DNA from: Anaerolineales bacterium UBA5797 | GTDB taxonomy: Bacteria > Chloroflexota > Anaerolineae > Anaerolineales > Villigracilaceae | NCBI GenBank assembly: GCA_002418205.1 | Contig: DIDP01000008.1 | Coordinates: 129,123 to 193,122 of the forward strand | Direction: 5' to 3' | Length of the DNA stretch: 64,000 nt | Shown: positions 18,791-26,079 of the stretch, one piece after another | How positions within the stretch are numbered: position 1 is the stretch's first letter | Layout of the letters: the number at the start of each line of letters is the position of its first letter | Program-made: the position numbers and the translations under genes | Notes under the pieces: model-generated | Seen by the model: the letters and a program-made list of their open reading frames with translations, nothing else | Told to the model about the DNA's origin: nothing | The model's database searches: none

Positions 18791-19846
18791 CTACGGTTCC
18801 ACGCCCACCACGCCGCCCAGGGCGTTCATCTTCAGCGTCCACGTGCTGCCCATGGTGAACTGCTGGAATTCCGAGATGGAACCCGGTGAGTATGTTTTTA
18901 TGCCGTCGTCAGTCGAGAAGTTGACCGTGTATTCCGCGGTTTCATCTCCGATCCGCTGGTCGCTGGAAATGTTCGGCGTTTCGTAAACAGGCCGCAGGTC
19001 GTTTCCTTCGAGCGTGTACGTTTGAATGGTTTTCCACTCGTCCACGGTGTACGAACAATACTGATCCGTTTCGGTATGACATTCCTCCACGACCTCGGAA
19101 TAGCCGTTGCCCTTGTCGATGGTCTTTTGCTCGCAGACATCCCTGCTTTCATCGTGACAGGAAACATTGTACGCACCCGAAGGCGGACTGCCGCGCTCGT
19201 TGGAATAATTGACCGGCTGGACCTCCTGCACTGGCACGACCGTCTGCCAATGGACGTTTGTCACTGTGGCTTCAACAGACGAAGTGGGAAAGAGGAACAA
19301 AGCCCCGATCACAACACAGCAAATGGCAAGCGCGCCCAATATGCCGCCGATCAACAACCAGTTTGTTTTTTTCTTTACTGCAGGTCTAGCCACAGGCGCC
19401 GCGGGTTTGGGAGGGGCGGGTTGTGCCGCCTGCACTTTTGGCAACGGCGAGCCGCAATTCGAGCAGACGGATTTGCTCCCCGGGTTCTCTGTTCCGCAGT
19501 TATCGCATTTCACAACTTTGGGCGCCGCGGGAGGCGCCTGCATGATCCGCCCGGCTTCACGCGCCTTGCCTTCCTTAAGGTCCGCGCCGCATTGCGAGCA
19601 GGTCGTTGCGGTGGCTGGGTTGCGCGTTCCGCAGAACCCGCAATGGATATCCGCGCCCGCCTGCGCGGCCTGGACCTGGTTTTCGTCGGTTACAAATTTC
19701 TGCTCGGACGGCAATTCGAATTTGACATTTTCCGGCTGCGGTGCGCCGCAATTTTCGCAGGTCTTCAGTCCGCCTTTATTGCGCGTATTGCAGTTCGGGC
19801 ATGTCCATTCGTTTTGCACATAACCAAGGGTTCGTCTGCGTGCCAT
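18791..19846 (-). CDS. Membrane protein with three N-terminal RanBP2-type zinc fingers, one TM helix and an extracytoplasmic domain
   Basis: 351-aa ORF. WTCPNCNTRNKGGLKTCENC, CGFCGTRNPATATTCSQC and CDNCGTENPGSKSVCSNC each fit C-x2-C-x3-N-x6-C-x2-C. TM helix WLLIGGILGALAICCVVIGALFLF. Confidence 0.75.
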   Translation of the reverse strand: MARRRTLGYVQNEWTCPNCNTRNKGGLKTCENCGAPQPENVKFELPSEQKFVTDENQVQAAQAGADIHCGFCGTRNPATATTCSQCGADLKEGKAREAGRIMQAPPAAPKVVKCDNCGTENPGSKSVCSNCGSPLPKVQAAQPAPPKPAAPVARPAVKKKTNWLLIGGILGALAICCVVIGALFLFPTSSVEATVTNVHWQTVVPVQEVQPVNYSNERGSPPSGAYNVSCHDESRDVCEQKTIDKGNGYSEVVEECHTETDQYCSYTVDEWKTIQTYTLEGNDLRPVYETPNISSDQRIGDETAEYTVNFSTDDGIKTYSPGSISEFQQFTMGSTWTLKMNALGGVVGVEP

Positions 19847-19975
19847 GATTGCTCCTCTTGCAGGTTTGTGTTCATGTTCCTGTCAATGATCCTGGATGAA
19901 GCAATTATAAAATATGACTCTGATATTTCGATCATGTTTACGCATTTGTAATTCTGTTTCGGCATTACCGGTTGC

Positions 19976-20983
19976 TCAATCGAACCCGTGCCAGTTGCGG
20001 ATCTCTTCGATGCGGGATTCGCAGTCCGGTTCCGGATACGGATCGGGATCATTCGCTTCAGACTCCCCTATGCCTGTTTCCGCTATAAAAACCGCTTCCG
20101 CCCCGTTCGCCACATTGACCGGGTCATAGCCGCCCTCCAACACGAAGACGATCTTCCCGTTGCAGTGTTCCTCCGCCAGTGCGACGACTCTTTTGGCAAG
20201 CGTCAAATACCCCTGCGTGGATAACCCGAGCATCGTGATGGGATCATTCCAATGCGCATCGAAGCCAACCGAGACGAAGATCATCTGCGGCTTGAACGTT
20301 TCCACGAACTGCTCGAAAATGCGGTCTGCAACCTGCTCATAGACCTGGTCCCCCGCCCGCGCCGGCAGAGGCACATTCACGATCCGCTTTTTGGCATCAG
20401 GGGCATCAGTGACCCAGCCTGTGCCGGGATAGATTCCCCACTGATGCGCGGACAGGAAGGCGAGGCGTTCATCTTTCAGAAACGCGGCTTGCGTACCATT
20501 GCCGTGATGCGCGTCATAGTCGATGACCATGACACGTTCCAATCCGTTTGCGAGCGCGTCGCGCGCGGCAACGGCAACGTTGTTGAAGATGCAGAATCCC
20601 ATCGCGCGGTCCGGCTCGGCATGGTGCCCCGGCGGGCGGACGATGGCGAAGGCGTTCCCTGCCTCGCCGTTCATCACCGCGCGCGAACAGGTAATCACTC
20701 CCCCTGCCGCGAGCAGGGCATCCGCATACGAGGCTCTGGTCACATAGGTGGGGGCATAGTCAATGATGCCGGGCGCTTCTTCGCGGCAAATCCTTTCAAG
20801 ACTGCTGACCAACCCCGGTTCATGAACGCGCTCGATCTCTTCACGCGTTGCAGGTTTTGCTTCGACCAGCTCCGCATCGAACGATTTTAATTTTGGCTTC
20901 AATAGATCCAATCGCCCGGGTCTTTCTGGATGGTCGGGATAAGCATGTTCCGGCGATTCCACAAAGGTATAGATGGTCGTCAT
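19976..20983 (-). CDS. Histone deacetylase-family amidohydrolase (acetoin utilisation / acetylpolyamine amidohydrolase-like)
   Basis: 335-aa ORF with RPPGHHA and DYDAHHGNGTQ zinc/catalytic motifs. Confidence 0.9.
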   Translation of the reverse strand: MTTIYTFVESPEHAYPDHPERPGRLDLLKPKLKSFDAELVEAKPATREEIERVHEPGLVSSLERICREEAPGIIDYAPTYVTRASYADALLAAGGVITCSRAVMNGEAGNAFAIVRPPGHHAEPDRAMGFCIFNNVAVAARDALANGLERVMVIDYDAHHGNGTQAAFLKDERLAFLSAHQWGIYPGTGWVTDAPDAKKRIVNVPLPARAGDQVYEQVADRIFEQFVETFKPQMIFVSVGFDAHWNDPITMLGLSTQGYLTLAKRVVALAEEHCNGKIVFVLEGGYDPVNVANGAEAVFIAETGIGESEANDPDPYPEPDCESRIEEIRNWHGFD

Positions 20984-21003
20984 GTTTTGATTATAGCCCT
21001 TTA

Positions 21004-21044
21004 AATAAAACGATCCCCCAAACCTTGAATCGGATTTGGGGGAT
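21004..21044 (-). terminator. Rho-independent terminator of the 21061..21402 gene
   Basis: 10-bp stem ATCCCCCAAA (21013..21022) / TTTGGGGGAT (21035..21044). The minus-strand transcript continues CGUUUUAUUUAAA. Confidence 0.65.
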
Positions 21045-21060
21045 GGAATGTCAGGATAAG

Positions 21061-21402
21061 TTATGGTGAGGTTTGTCCCGGTCCGAGCAGCGGGCAGAGG
21101 AAGAAGTGATCGCCTTCATCCATGTAACCGTTGCCGTTTTCATCCACCCACCAGCGTCCGCCAAGATAACCAGGATCACCAGGACCGAATTCCGTCTGCG
21201 GCTGACCGTCCACGACTTCCAGTTTTTGGAAACGGCCCTGCATGGGGAGCGGATCGGCAGCAGCGAAGGTTTCATAATACAGTCCCTGGCTGGTGACATA
21301 GATCACCCCGGGCGTTTCATTGCCGCGTCCCGCAAATGCCGGGGTCACCGAAAATAGCGAAATTGCCAGAACAAGCAGCACGATGGAAAGTTTCTTTTTC
21401 AT
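21061..21402 (-). CDS. Small secreted protein, function unknown
   Basis: Start re-picked at MKKKLSIVLLVLAISLFSVTPAFA (signal peptide), with AAAGGAG upstream; the track start is 21534. Confidence 0.6.
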   Translation of the reverse strand: MKKKLSIVLLVLAISLFSVTPAFAGRGNETPGVIYVTSQGLYYETFAAADPLPMQGRFQKLEVVDGQPQTEFGPGDPGYLGGRWWVDENGNGYMDEGDHFFLCPLLGPGQTSP

Positions 21403-21590
21403 TCTTATCTCCTTTGGATTGTTTATCTGTTCGTTTGAAATCAACCGGTCTGTGATTTGTCGAAGGCACCTCCTTTCGTTGGGATCGAAATCGATGCCTT
21501 CAGTGTAGAACGAACTTGTTACACAAACCTTCAAAGGAGATTATGAATCGGCTACATGCCGTTAAGAAATCTTAATAAACCCTGGAAATT

Positions 21591-21644
21591 AAAAAAAACC
21601 ACCGCCTTGCCAACATGGGGGGGACATGCTGGTCAAGACGATGG
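21591..21644 (-). terminator. Long-hairpin rho-independent terminator downstream of the NYN-domain gene
   Basis: The minus-strand RNA forms about 19 bp (CCAUCGUCUUGACCAGCAUG / CAUGUUGGCAAGGCGGUGG, loop UCCCCCC) followed by U8. Three of the pairs are G-U, which form only in the minus-strand transcript. Confidence 0.7.
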
Positions 21645-21775
21645 TCAGGACACCTAATACCAGTAAAGGGGAGGGCAGGTGTCAATAACACCAATATACT
21701 CCCGAATAAAACAGGTAACATTAAATAATGATTAGAAATACGATACAAATTATCCAGATTTCTCCCCCGAACTTC

Positions 21776-22243
21776 CTATTTGTTCTTTCTCTCTTTGAAC
21801 AGCCTCATCCAATCGTCCACCTCCTGCTCGGAGAGTTTACGCTCCTGTGCGGGTTTGGGGGTAGAGTTACGAACACGCATCAGTATTTTTGCAAAGCCTT
21901 CCGAAGAAAGCACCTCCGCTTGTGCAGCGCGTGCATCTGCCTGCACCTGCCGGTCGGATGAAACAACGGTCCAGTTTTTCGCGCTTTTGCCCATTCGTTT
22001 CAAGCGTTTGCGGATGGCGTTATCGGCGGTCGTTCCCAGCGGGACAAAATGCGCGGTAACGGTGCCCAGCCTGCGGGTCCCGGCTTGAGGCGCTGGCGCT
22101 CCGTCGAAATAGACCTCCACCGGTTTCCGTTCGATTCGATGAAATTCCTGAAGGATGGCGATCAGTTCCATTTCATCGTCGGGTGAATCGAGGCGCAATC
22201 CCAGTTTTGGAATCAGGTTGTGTCCATCGATGAGATAGGGCAT
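21776..22243 (-). CDS. NYN/PIN-like (YacP family) predicted ribonuclease
   Basis: 155-aa ORF. MPYLIDGHNLIPKLG... and the later VYFDG / VTAHFVP pattern match YacP-like NYN domains (recalled). Confidence 0.7.
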   Translation of the reverse strand: MPYLIDGHNLIPKLGLRLDSPDDEMELIAILQEFHRIERKPVEVYFDGAPAPQAGTRRLGTVTAHFVPLGTTADNAIRKRLKRMGKSAKNWTVVSSDRQVQADARAAQAEVLSSEGFAKILMRVRNSTPKPAQERKLSEQEVDDWMRLFKERKNK

Positions 22244-22333
22244 GTGAATATTTTACAATGAAACCCGTCCGGGTTCTTTTCGTAAATTAATCTAGGTTGT
22301 TTATAATCGTTTCATATCAAGAAGGAGAGTTTC

Positions 22334-22690
22334 ATGACCGATAAAAAGTCCAACAAATTAATGGTTCCGCAGGGTGGCATGTTGCGCGATTTTGTGGTGC
22401 GAATCAAACTGATCTGGCGGTTGATGGCAGACCGGCGCGTCAATTTCTTTTTGAAGCTCCTGCCGCTTGCATCACTGGCATATCTGATCTCACCGGTCGA
22501 TCTTGCTCCGGGGGTCGTGCTGCCGGTGATCGGCGTGCTCGACGATGCCGCGGTATTGTGGATCGGCACCAACCTGTTTGTTGAACTTTGTCCGCCAAAT
22601 GTGGTCAAGGAGATCACAGCCGACCTTCAAAACAATCTTGAGGATACAAACGATGTGGTGGATGCCGAAGCCACGGATGTAAATGACTGA
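22334..22690 (+). CDS. DUF1232 (YkvA-like) membrane protein
   Basis: 118-aa ORF with the hallmark YLISPVDLAPGVVLPVIGVLDDAAVL. Confidence 0.8.
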   Translation: MTDKKSNKLMVPQGGMLRDFVVRIKLIWRLMADRRVNFFLKLLPLASLAYLISPVDLAPGVVLPVIGVLDDAAVLWIGTNLFVELCPPNVVKEITADLQNNLEDTNDVVDAEATDVND

Positions 22691-22693
22691 TTC

Positions 22694-23926
22694 ATGAAAC
22701 GATTATCGATCCTGTTGCTGTTTTCGTTGGTTGCCTGTAATGGATTAAGTACCCCGCCTCCTTCCACGCCGACGCCTGACTCCACCATACCCACTCCGAT
22801 CCTGCCGACAACGGTCCCTGCTTCCCCGGCGCCTACCGATATTTCCGAAACCGATGCGCCCCCGCCTCCGCCGGATGTAACGGCGTTTCCTGATCCCGGC
22901 GCTTATGCCTGGCAGTTGGTTGCATCGAACCTGATCCGCCCCGTTGACCTGCAGCCCGATGGCTCCGGGCGTTTGTTCGTGGTCGAAAAACCCGGCCATA
23001 TCCACATCATCGAAATTGGACAATTGATCGAAACACCGTTTTTGAACATCGAAGACCGCGTCAACGACAGTTCCAACGAAATGGGGTTGCTGGGGCTGGC
23101 GTTCCATCCCGATTATGAGCAGAATGGCTACTTCTTTGTGAATTACACCGGAAGCGGCGGTGATACATTCATCTCCCGTTTTAAAGCGCGCGAAGATCGG
23201 AATAGTGCCGATCCATCCAGCGAAGTCAACCTGTTGCGCGTGAGTCAGCCTTTCCCCAATCACAACGGGGGGGTGCTGGCATTTGGTCCGGATGGGTATC
23301 TCTATGCCGGGCTGGGCGATGGCGGTTGGCGGGGCGATCCCAACGGCAACGGACAGAATACGAACGCGTTGCTTGGAAAAATCCTGCGTCTGGATGCCGA
23401 TCACGGCGACCCGTACTCGATCCCGGCTGACAACCCGTTTGGGAACGAGATCTGGGCATACGGCTTGCGCAACCCCTGGAGGATTTCATTCGATAAATTG
23501 ACCGGCGATCTGTATATCGGCGATGTGGGACAGAACGAATGGGAGGAGATCAATTACCTCCCTGCCGGTTCTGCGGGCGGGATAAATTTCGGCTGGAACC
23601 GGTTCGAAGGCAATCATCCATATTCCGGAAATCCCTCCGAAACGGGTATGACCTTCCCGGTGGCGGAATACAGCCATCCGGAGGGCGGTTGTTCGGTCAC
23701 CGGGGGCTATGTCTATCGCGGCTCCATGCCCGAATGGAACGGCATCTACCTCTACGGCGATTATTGCACGGGATTCATCTGGGGGTTGATCAAATCGGAC
23801 AATGGCTGGCAGGCCCAAAGGTTGTTCGATACGGATGTCAATATCACATCGTTCGGGCAGGACGCGGCCGGCGAAATATATCTCGTGGCTGACAGCGGGG
23901 GGGTGTATCAACTCGTCCGGAAGTAA
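22694..23926 (+). CDS. PQQ-dependent sugar dehydrogenase (soluble glucose/sorbosone dehydrogenase family) lipoprotein
   Basis: 410-aa ORF with lipobox LFSLVACNG. Beta-propeller motifs MGLLGLAFHPDY, HNGG, RNPWR, YGDY. Confidence 0.85.
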   Translation: MKRLSILLLFSLVACNGLSTPPPSTPTPDSTIPTPILPTTVPASPAPTDISETDAPPPPPDVTAFPDPGAYAWQLVASNLIRPVDLQPDGSGRLFVVEKPGHIHIIEIGQLIETPFLNIEDRVNDSSNEMGLLGLAFHPDYEQNGYFFVNYTGSGGDTFISRFKAREDRNSADPSSEVNLLRVSQPFPNHNGGVLAFGPDGYLYAGLGDGGWRGDPNGNGQNTNALLGKILRLDADHGDPYSIPADNPFGNEIWAYGLRNPWRISFDKLTGDLYIGDVGQNEWEEINYLPAGSAGGINFGWNRFEGNHPYSGNPSETGMTFPVAEYSHPEGGCSVTGGYVYRGSMPEWNGIYLYGDYCTGFIWGLIKSDNGWQAQRLFDTDVNITSFGQDAAGEIYLVADSGGVYQLVRK

Positions 23927-23974
23927 ATTGGTCAAGTCTCATCCACTATAGGCGGATTGTCATCTGAACTTGTG

Positions 23975-23999
23975 ACGCCTGTCACTGGCAGGCGTTTTT
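23975..23999 (+). terminator. Rho-independent terminator after the sugar dehydrogenase gene
   Basis: ACGCCTG-tcactgg-CAGGCGT followed by TTTT. Confidence 0.65.
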
Positions 24000-24038
24000 A
24001 ATTTGTCATACAATGCCTTTGTACACTGGAGGTGTCAA

Positions 24039-24257
24039 ATGGTTCAGAAACAGTGGAAGGTCAGCAAGATACGCTACTGTGAACATGTCGGGCACGAGAT
24101 TGCCCTGGAGACGCAAGTTGTGTACCCGCCGGAGGAACTGCCTGACCAGCCGCCTCGCATCCTTGCCCGCCGCTGCTCCAATGCGGCTGAATGCAACAAA
24201 ATGGACAGGATGACCTGCGCCTGGTGCGGCACAAATCCGGGTTATCTTCCTTCGTAG
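24039..24257 (+). CDS. Small Cys-rich hypothetical protein (72 aa)
   Basis: Start re-picked at MVQKQWKV, with GGAGG 7 nt upstream. Contains C-x-H...C...C-x-W-C. No family recognised. Confidence 0.5.
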   Translation: MVQKQWKVSKIRYCEHVGHEIALETQVVYPPEELPDQPPRILARRCSNAAECNKMDRMTCAWCGTNPGYLPS

Positions 24258-24425
24258 ACTGAGTGGGCTTCATTTACAGCCCATTTGGCAAACAAACTCT
24301 CTCCTCCCTCTGAGTTGGTCTTTGGCTACTCCGCGAGCGATCGCGGAGTATGCCGTTAAATGGGGAATGCTTCGCCTCTTTCCGGGTTCGGGCTTGCTCC
24401 CCTGATCCCGAATCGAATCCAAGCC

Positions 24426-24453
24426 TTGACATTGTCCCATTTTCGCAGATAAT
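24426..24453 (+). promoter_or_regulatory. Sigma-70-type promoter of the pheST leader
   Basis: TTGACA (24426..24431), a 16-nt spacer, then GATAAT (24448..24453). Confidence 0.6.
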
Positions 24454-24477
24454 AAGAGCCAACAATCATCCAAAGGC

Positions 24478-24758
24478 AATGACAGAGGAAAGTAGGCTGG
24501 CGGGAGTCGCCAGAGAGATGTAACGGAAACGCTGAAAGTTACATTCGTCCGAAACCAGTTGAAGTTCCCTCTCGAGCCGTTCATGTGAAGGCGTGTCAAG
24601 TGTCAGGTTCCACGTGTCACGGTGGTAGTATGAACCGCAGTCCCAGCGTTACCGGGGAGGCTGATGATGGTCAGCACGAGTGAGCCTGAACAGGCTAATC
24701 TGGGTGGTACCGCGGGAAGCGTAAACGCTCTCGTCCCATTTGTGGACGGGAGTTTTTT
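24478..24758 (+). promoter_or_regulatory. T-box riboswitch leader (tRNA-Phe-type) controlling pheS-pheT
   Basis: T-box sequence AATCTGGGTGGTACCGCG (24697..24714). Stem I elements: AGTA (24491..24494), AG bulge AGAGA (24512..24516) and distal hairpin ATGTAAC/GTTACAT. Candidate specifier GAA-G-TTC, with TTC at 24565..24567. Terminator hairpin plus T6 at the 3' end. Confidence 0.85.
24728..24758 (+). terminator. T-box leader terminator
   Basis: CTCTCGTCC (24728..24736) pairs with GGACGGGAG (24744..24752): 9 bp including one G-U, loop CATTTGT, then TTTTTT (24753..24758). Confidence 0.85.
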
Positions 24759-24773
24759 GTTTGTAAATTCATC

Positions 24774-24854
24774 CGTCATTACGAGCGAAGCGAAGCAATC
24801 CCCAGGTCGATAATGGGATTGCTTCGTCAGGCTAAAGCCATCCTCGCAATGACG
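24774..24854. repeat. Small nested-palindrome intergenic repeat, copy B
   Basis: Outer inverted repeat CGTCATTACGAG / CTCGCAATGACG (11 of 12). Inner perfect 11-bp inverted repeat GAAGCAATCCC (24792..24802) / GGGATTGCTTC (24815..24825). Sits between the T-box terminator and the pheS RBS. Confidence 0.75.
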
Positions 24855-24871
24855 AGATCATGGAGGTACGA

Positions 24872-25930
24872 ATGCTGGAACAATTGAAAGAGATCGAAAA
24901 GACCGCACTGGATGCACTAAGCGAGGTCACCGATCCAGCCGTGCTCGAAGCCTGGCGCGTTGCGAACGTTGGGCGCAGTTCGCCGTTGATGCAGGTCTTT
25001 GCCGGGCTGGGGAAACTCTCCAAGGAGGAGCGACCAACCGTCGGGGCGGCGGCGAACCGTGTCAAGGTGGCGCTCGAATCCGCTTTGGAGGAAAGGGCTC
25101 AGGCGATCAAAGAGGCGGCGTTGGCGAAATCCCTCGAGGAAGAATCGCTGGATGTTACGCTGCCAGGACGCGGTATCCATGTTGGACGGTTGCATCCATC
25201 CACACAGCAACTGCGCCGTGTGTTGGATATCCTTGCGGATATGGGCTTTCAGGTCTATACGTCGCGCGAAGTGGAAACGGATGAGGTCAACTTCCAGTTG
25301 CTCAACTTCCCGCCGAACCATCCCGCGCGTGACATGCAGGATACATTCTTTATCGAAGCCGGGGAACGCGGTGATAACCCGATCCTTTTGCGCACCCATA
25401 CCTCACCGGGGCAGATCCACGCGATGCGTGAGTTCGCCGCAGCTAACCCTGATAATCCGCCACCGATCCGGATTGCCCTGCCGGGGATGTGTTTCCGGTA
25501 TGAGCAGATCACGGCGCGCTCGGAAATCCAGTTCAACCAGGTGGAGGGACTCGTGGTGGGCGAGAACATTACCTTTGCCGATTTGAAGGGGACGTTGAGC
25601 GATTTCGCGCGGCGTATGTTTGGTCAGCACGCGCGAACCCGCTTCCGCGCTTCCTACTTCCCGTTCACGGAACCGTCCGCTGAGATGGATGTGGAATGTT
25701 TTGTCTGCGGCGGGGCAGGCTGCCAGGTCTGCAAGAATTCGGGCTGGCTCGAAATTCTCGGATGCGGCATGGTGCACCCTGTCGTGTTGCAGAACGGCGG
25801 GTACGACCCCAGGCGTTATTCGGGTTATGCCTGGGGTATGGGGCCGGAGCGCCAGTTGATGGTGCGCTACCGCATCGATGATATTCGATACTTCTGGGGA
25901 AACGACCTGCGTTTCCTTGGGCAGTTCTAG
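24872..25930 (+). CDS. pheS: Phenylalanine--tRNA ligase alpha subunit
   Basis: Class II aaRS motifs (FRYEQITARSEIQFNQVEGLVVG; GYAWGMGPERQLM). Start at ATG 24872, with GGAGG 5 nt upstream; the track start is 24860. Confidence 0.95.
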   Translation: MLEQLKEIEKTALDALSEVTDPAVLEAWRVANVGRSSPLMQVFAGLGKLSKEERPTVGAAANRVKVALESALEERAQAIKEAALAKSLEEESLDVTLPGRGIHVGRLHPSTQQLRRVLDILADMGFQVYTSREVETDEVNFQLLNFPPNHPARDMQDTFFIEAGERGDNPILLRTHTSPGQIHAMREFAAANPDNPPPIRIALPGMCFRYEQITARSEIQFNQVEGLVVGENITFADLKGTLSDFARRMFGQHARTRFRASYFPFTEPSAEMDVECFVCGGAGCQVCKNSGWLEILGCGMVHPVVLQNGGYDPRRYSGYAWGMGPERQLMVRYRIDDIRYFWGNDLRFLGQF

Positions 25931-25938
25931 ATACTCTT

Positions 25939-26056
25939 GGTGGTTGAGCGCAAGCAGTCGAAACCACCGGTAAGCAAAATAATTCTTGCAACAAATGTTT
26001 AATTGTTACTTGTTGGTTTCGATACGCTCGCAACAAACGTTCGCTACTCAACCAAC
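25939..26056. repeat. MITE-like pair of inverted hairpin modules in the pheS-pheT spacer
   Basis: Module 1 is GGTGGTTGAGCGCAAGCAGTCGAAACCACC (25939..25968). The reverse complement of module 2 (26012..26056) is GTTGGTTGAGTAGCGAACGTTTGTTGCGAGCGTATCGAAACCAAC. They share GGTTGAG...TCGAAACC ends and are separated by a 43-nt AT-rich spacer. Confidence 0.65.
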
Positions 26057-26079
26057 GAGTTGCTCATAAAAGGTGAAAT

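Noticed and set aside
21599-21700. GGTCAGG...AAGG-containing structured region considered as SRP (4.5S) RNA or another small RNA.
   Set aside because: It does not match the SRP domain IV consensus (GGUCAGGUCCGGAAGGAAGCAGCC). The dominant structure is a long hairpin followed by U8 on the minus strand, that is, a terminator for the NYN-domain gene.
24270-24599. 109-aa minus-strand ORF between the small Cys-rich gene and pheS.
   Set aside because: It overlaps the promoter and Stem I of a well-supported plus-strand T-box leader, and its composition is not protein-like.
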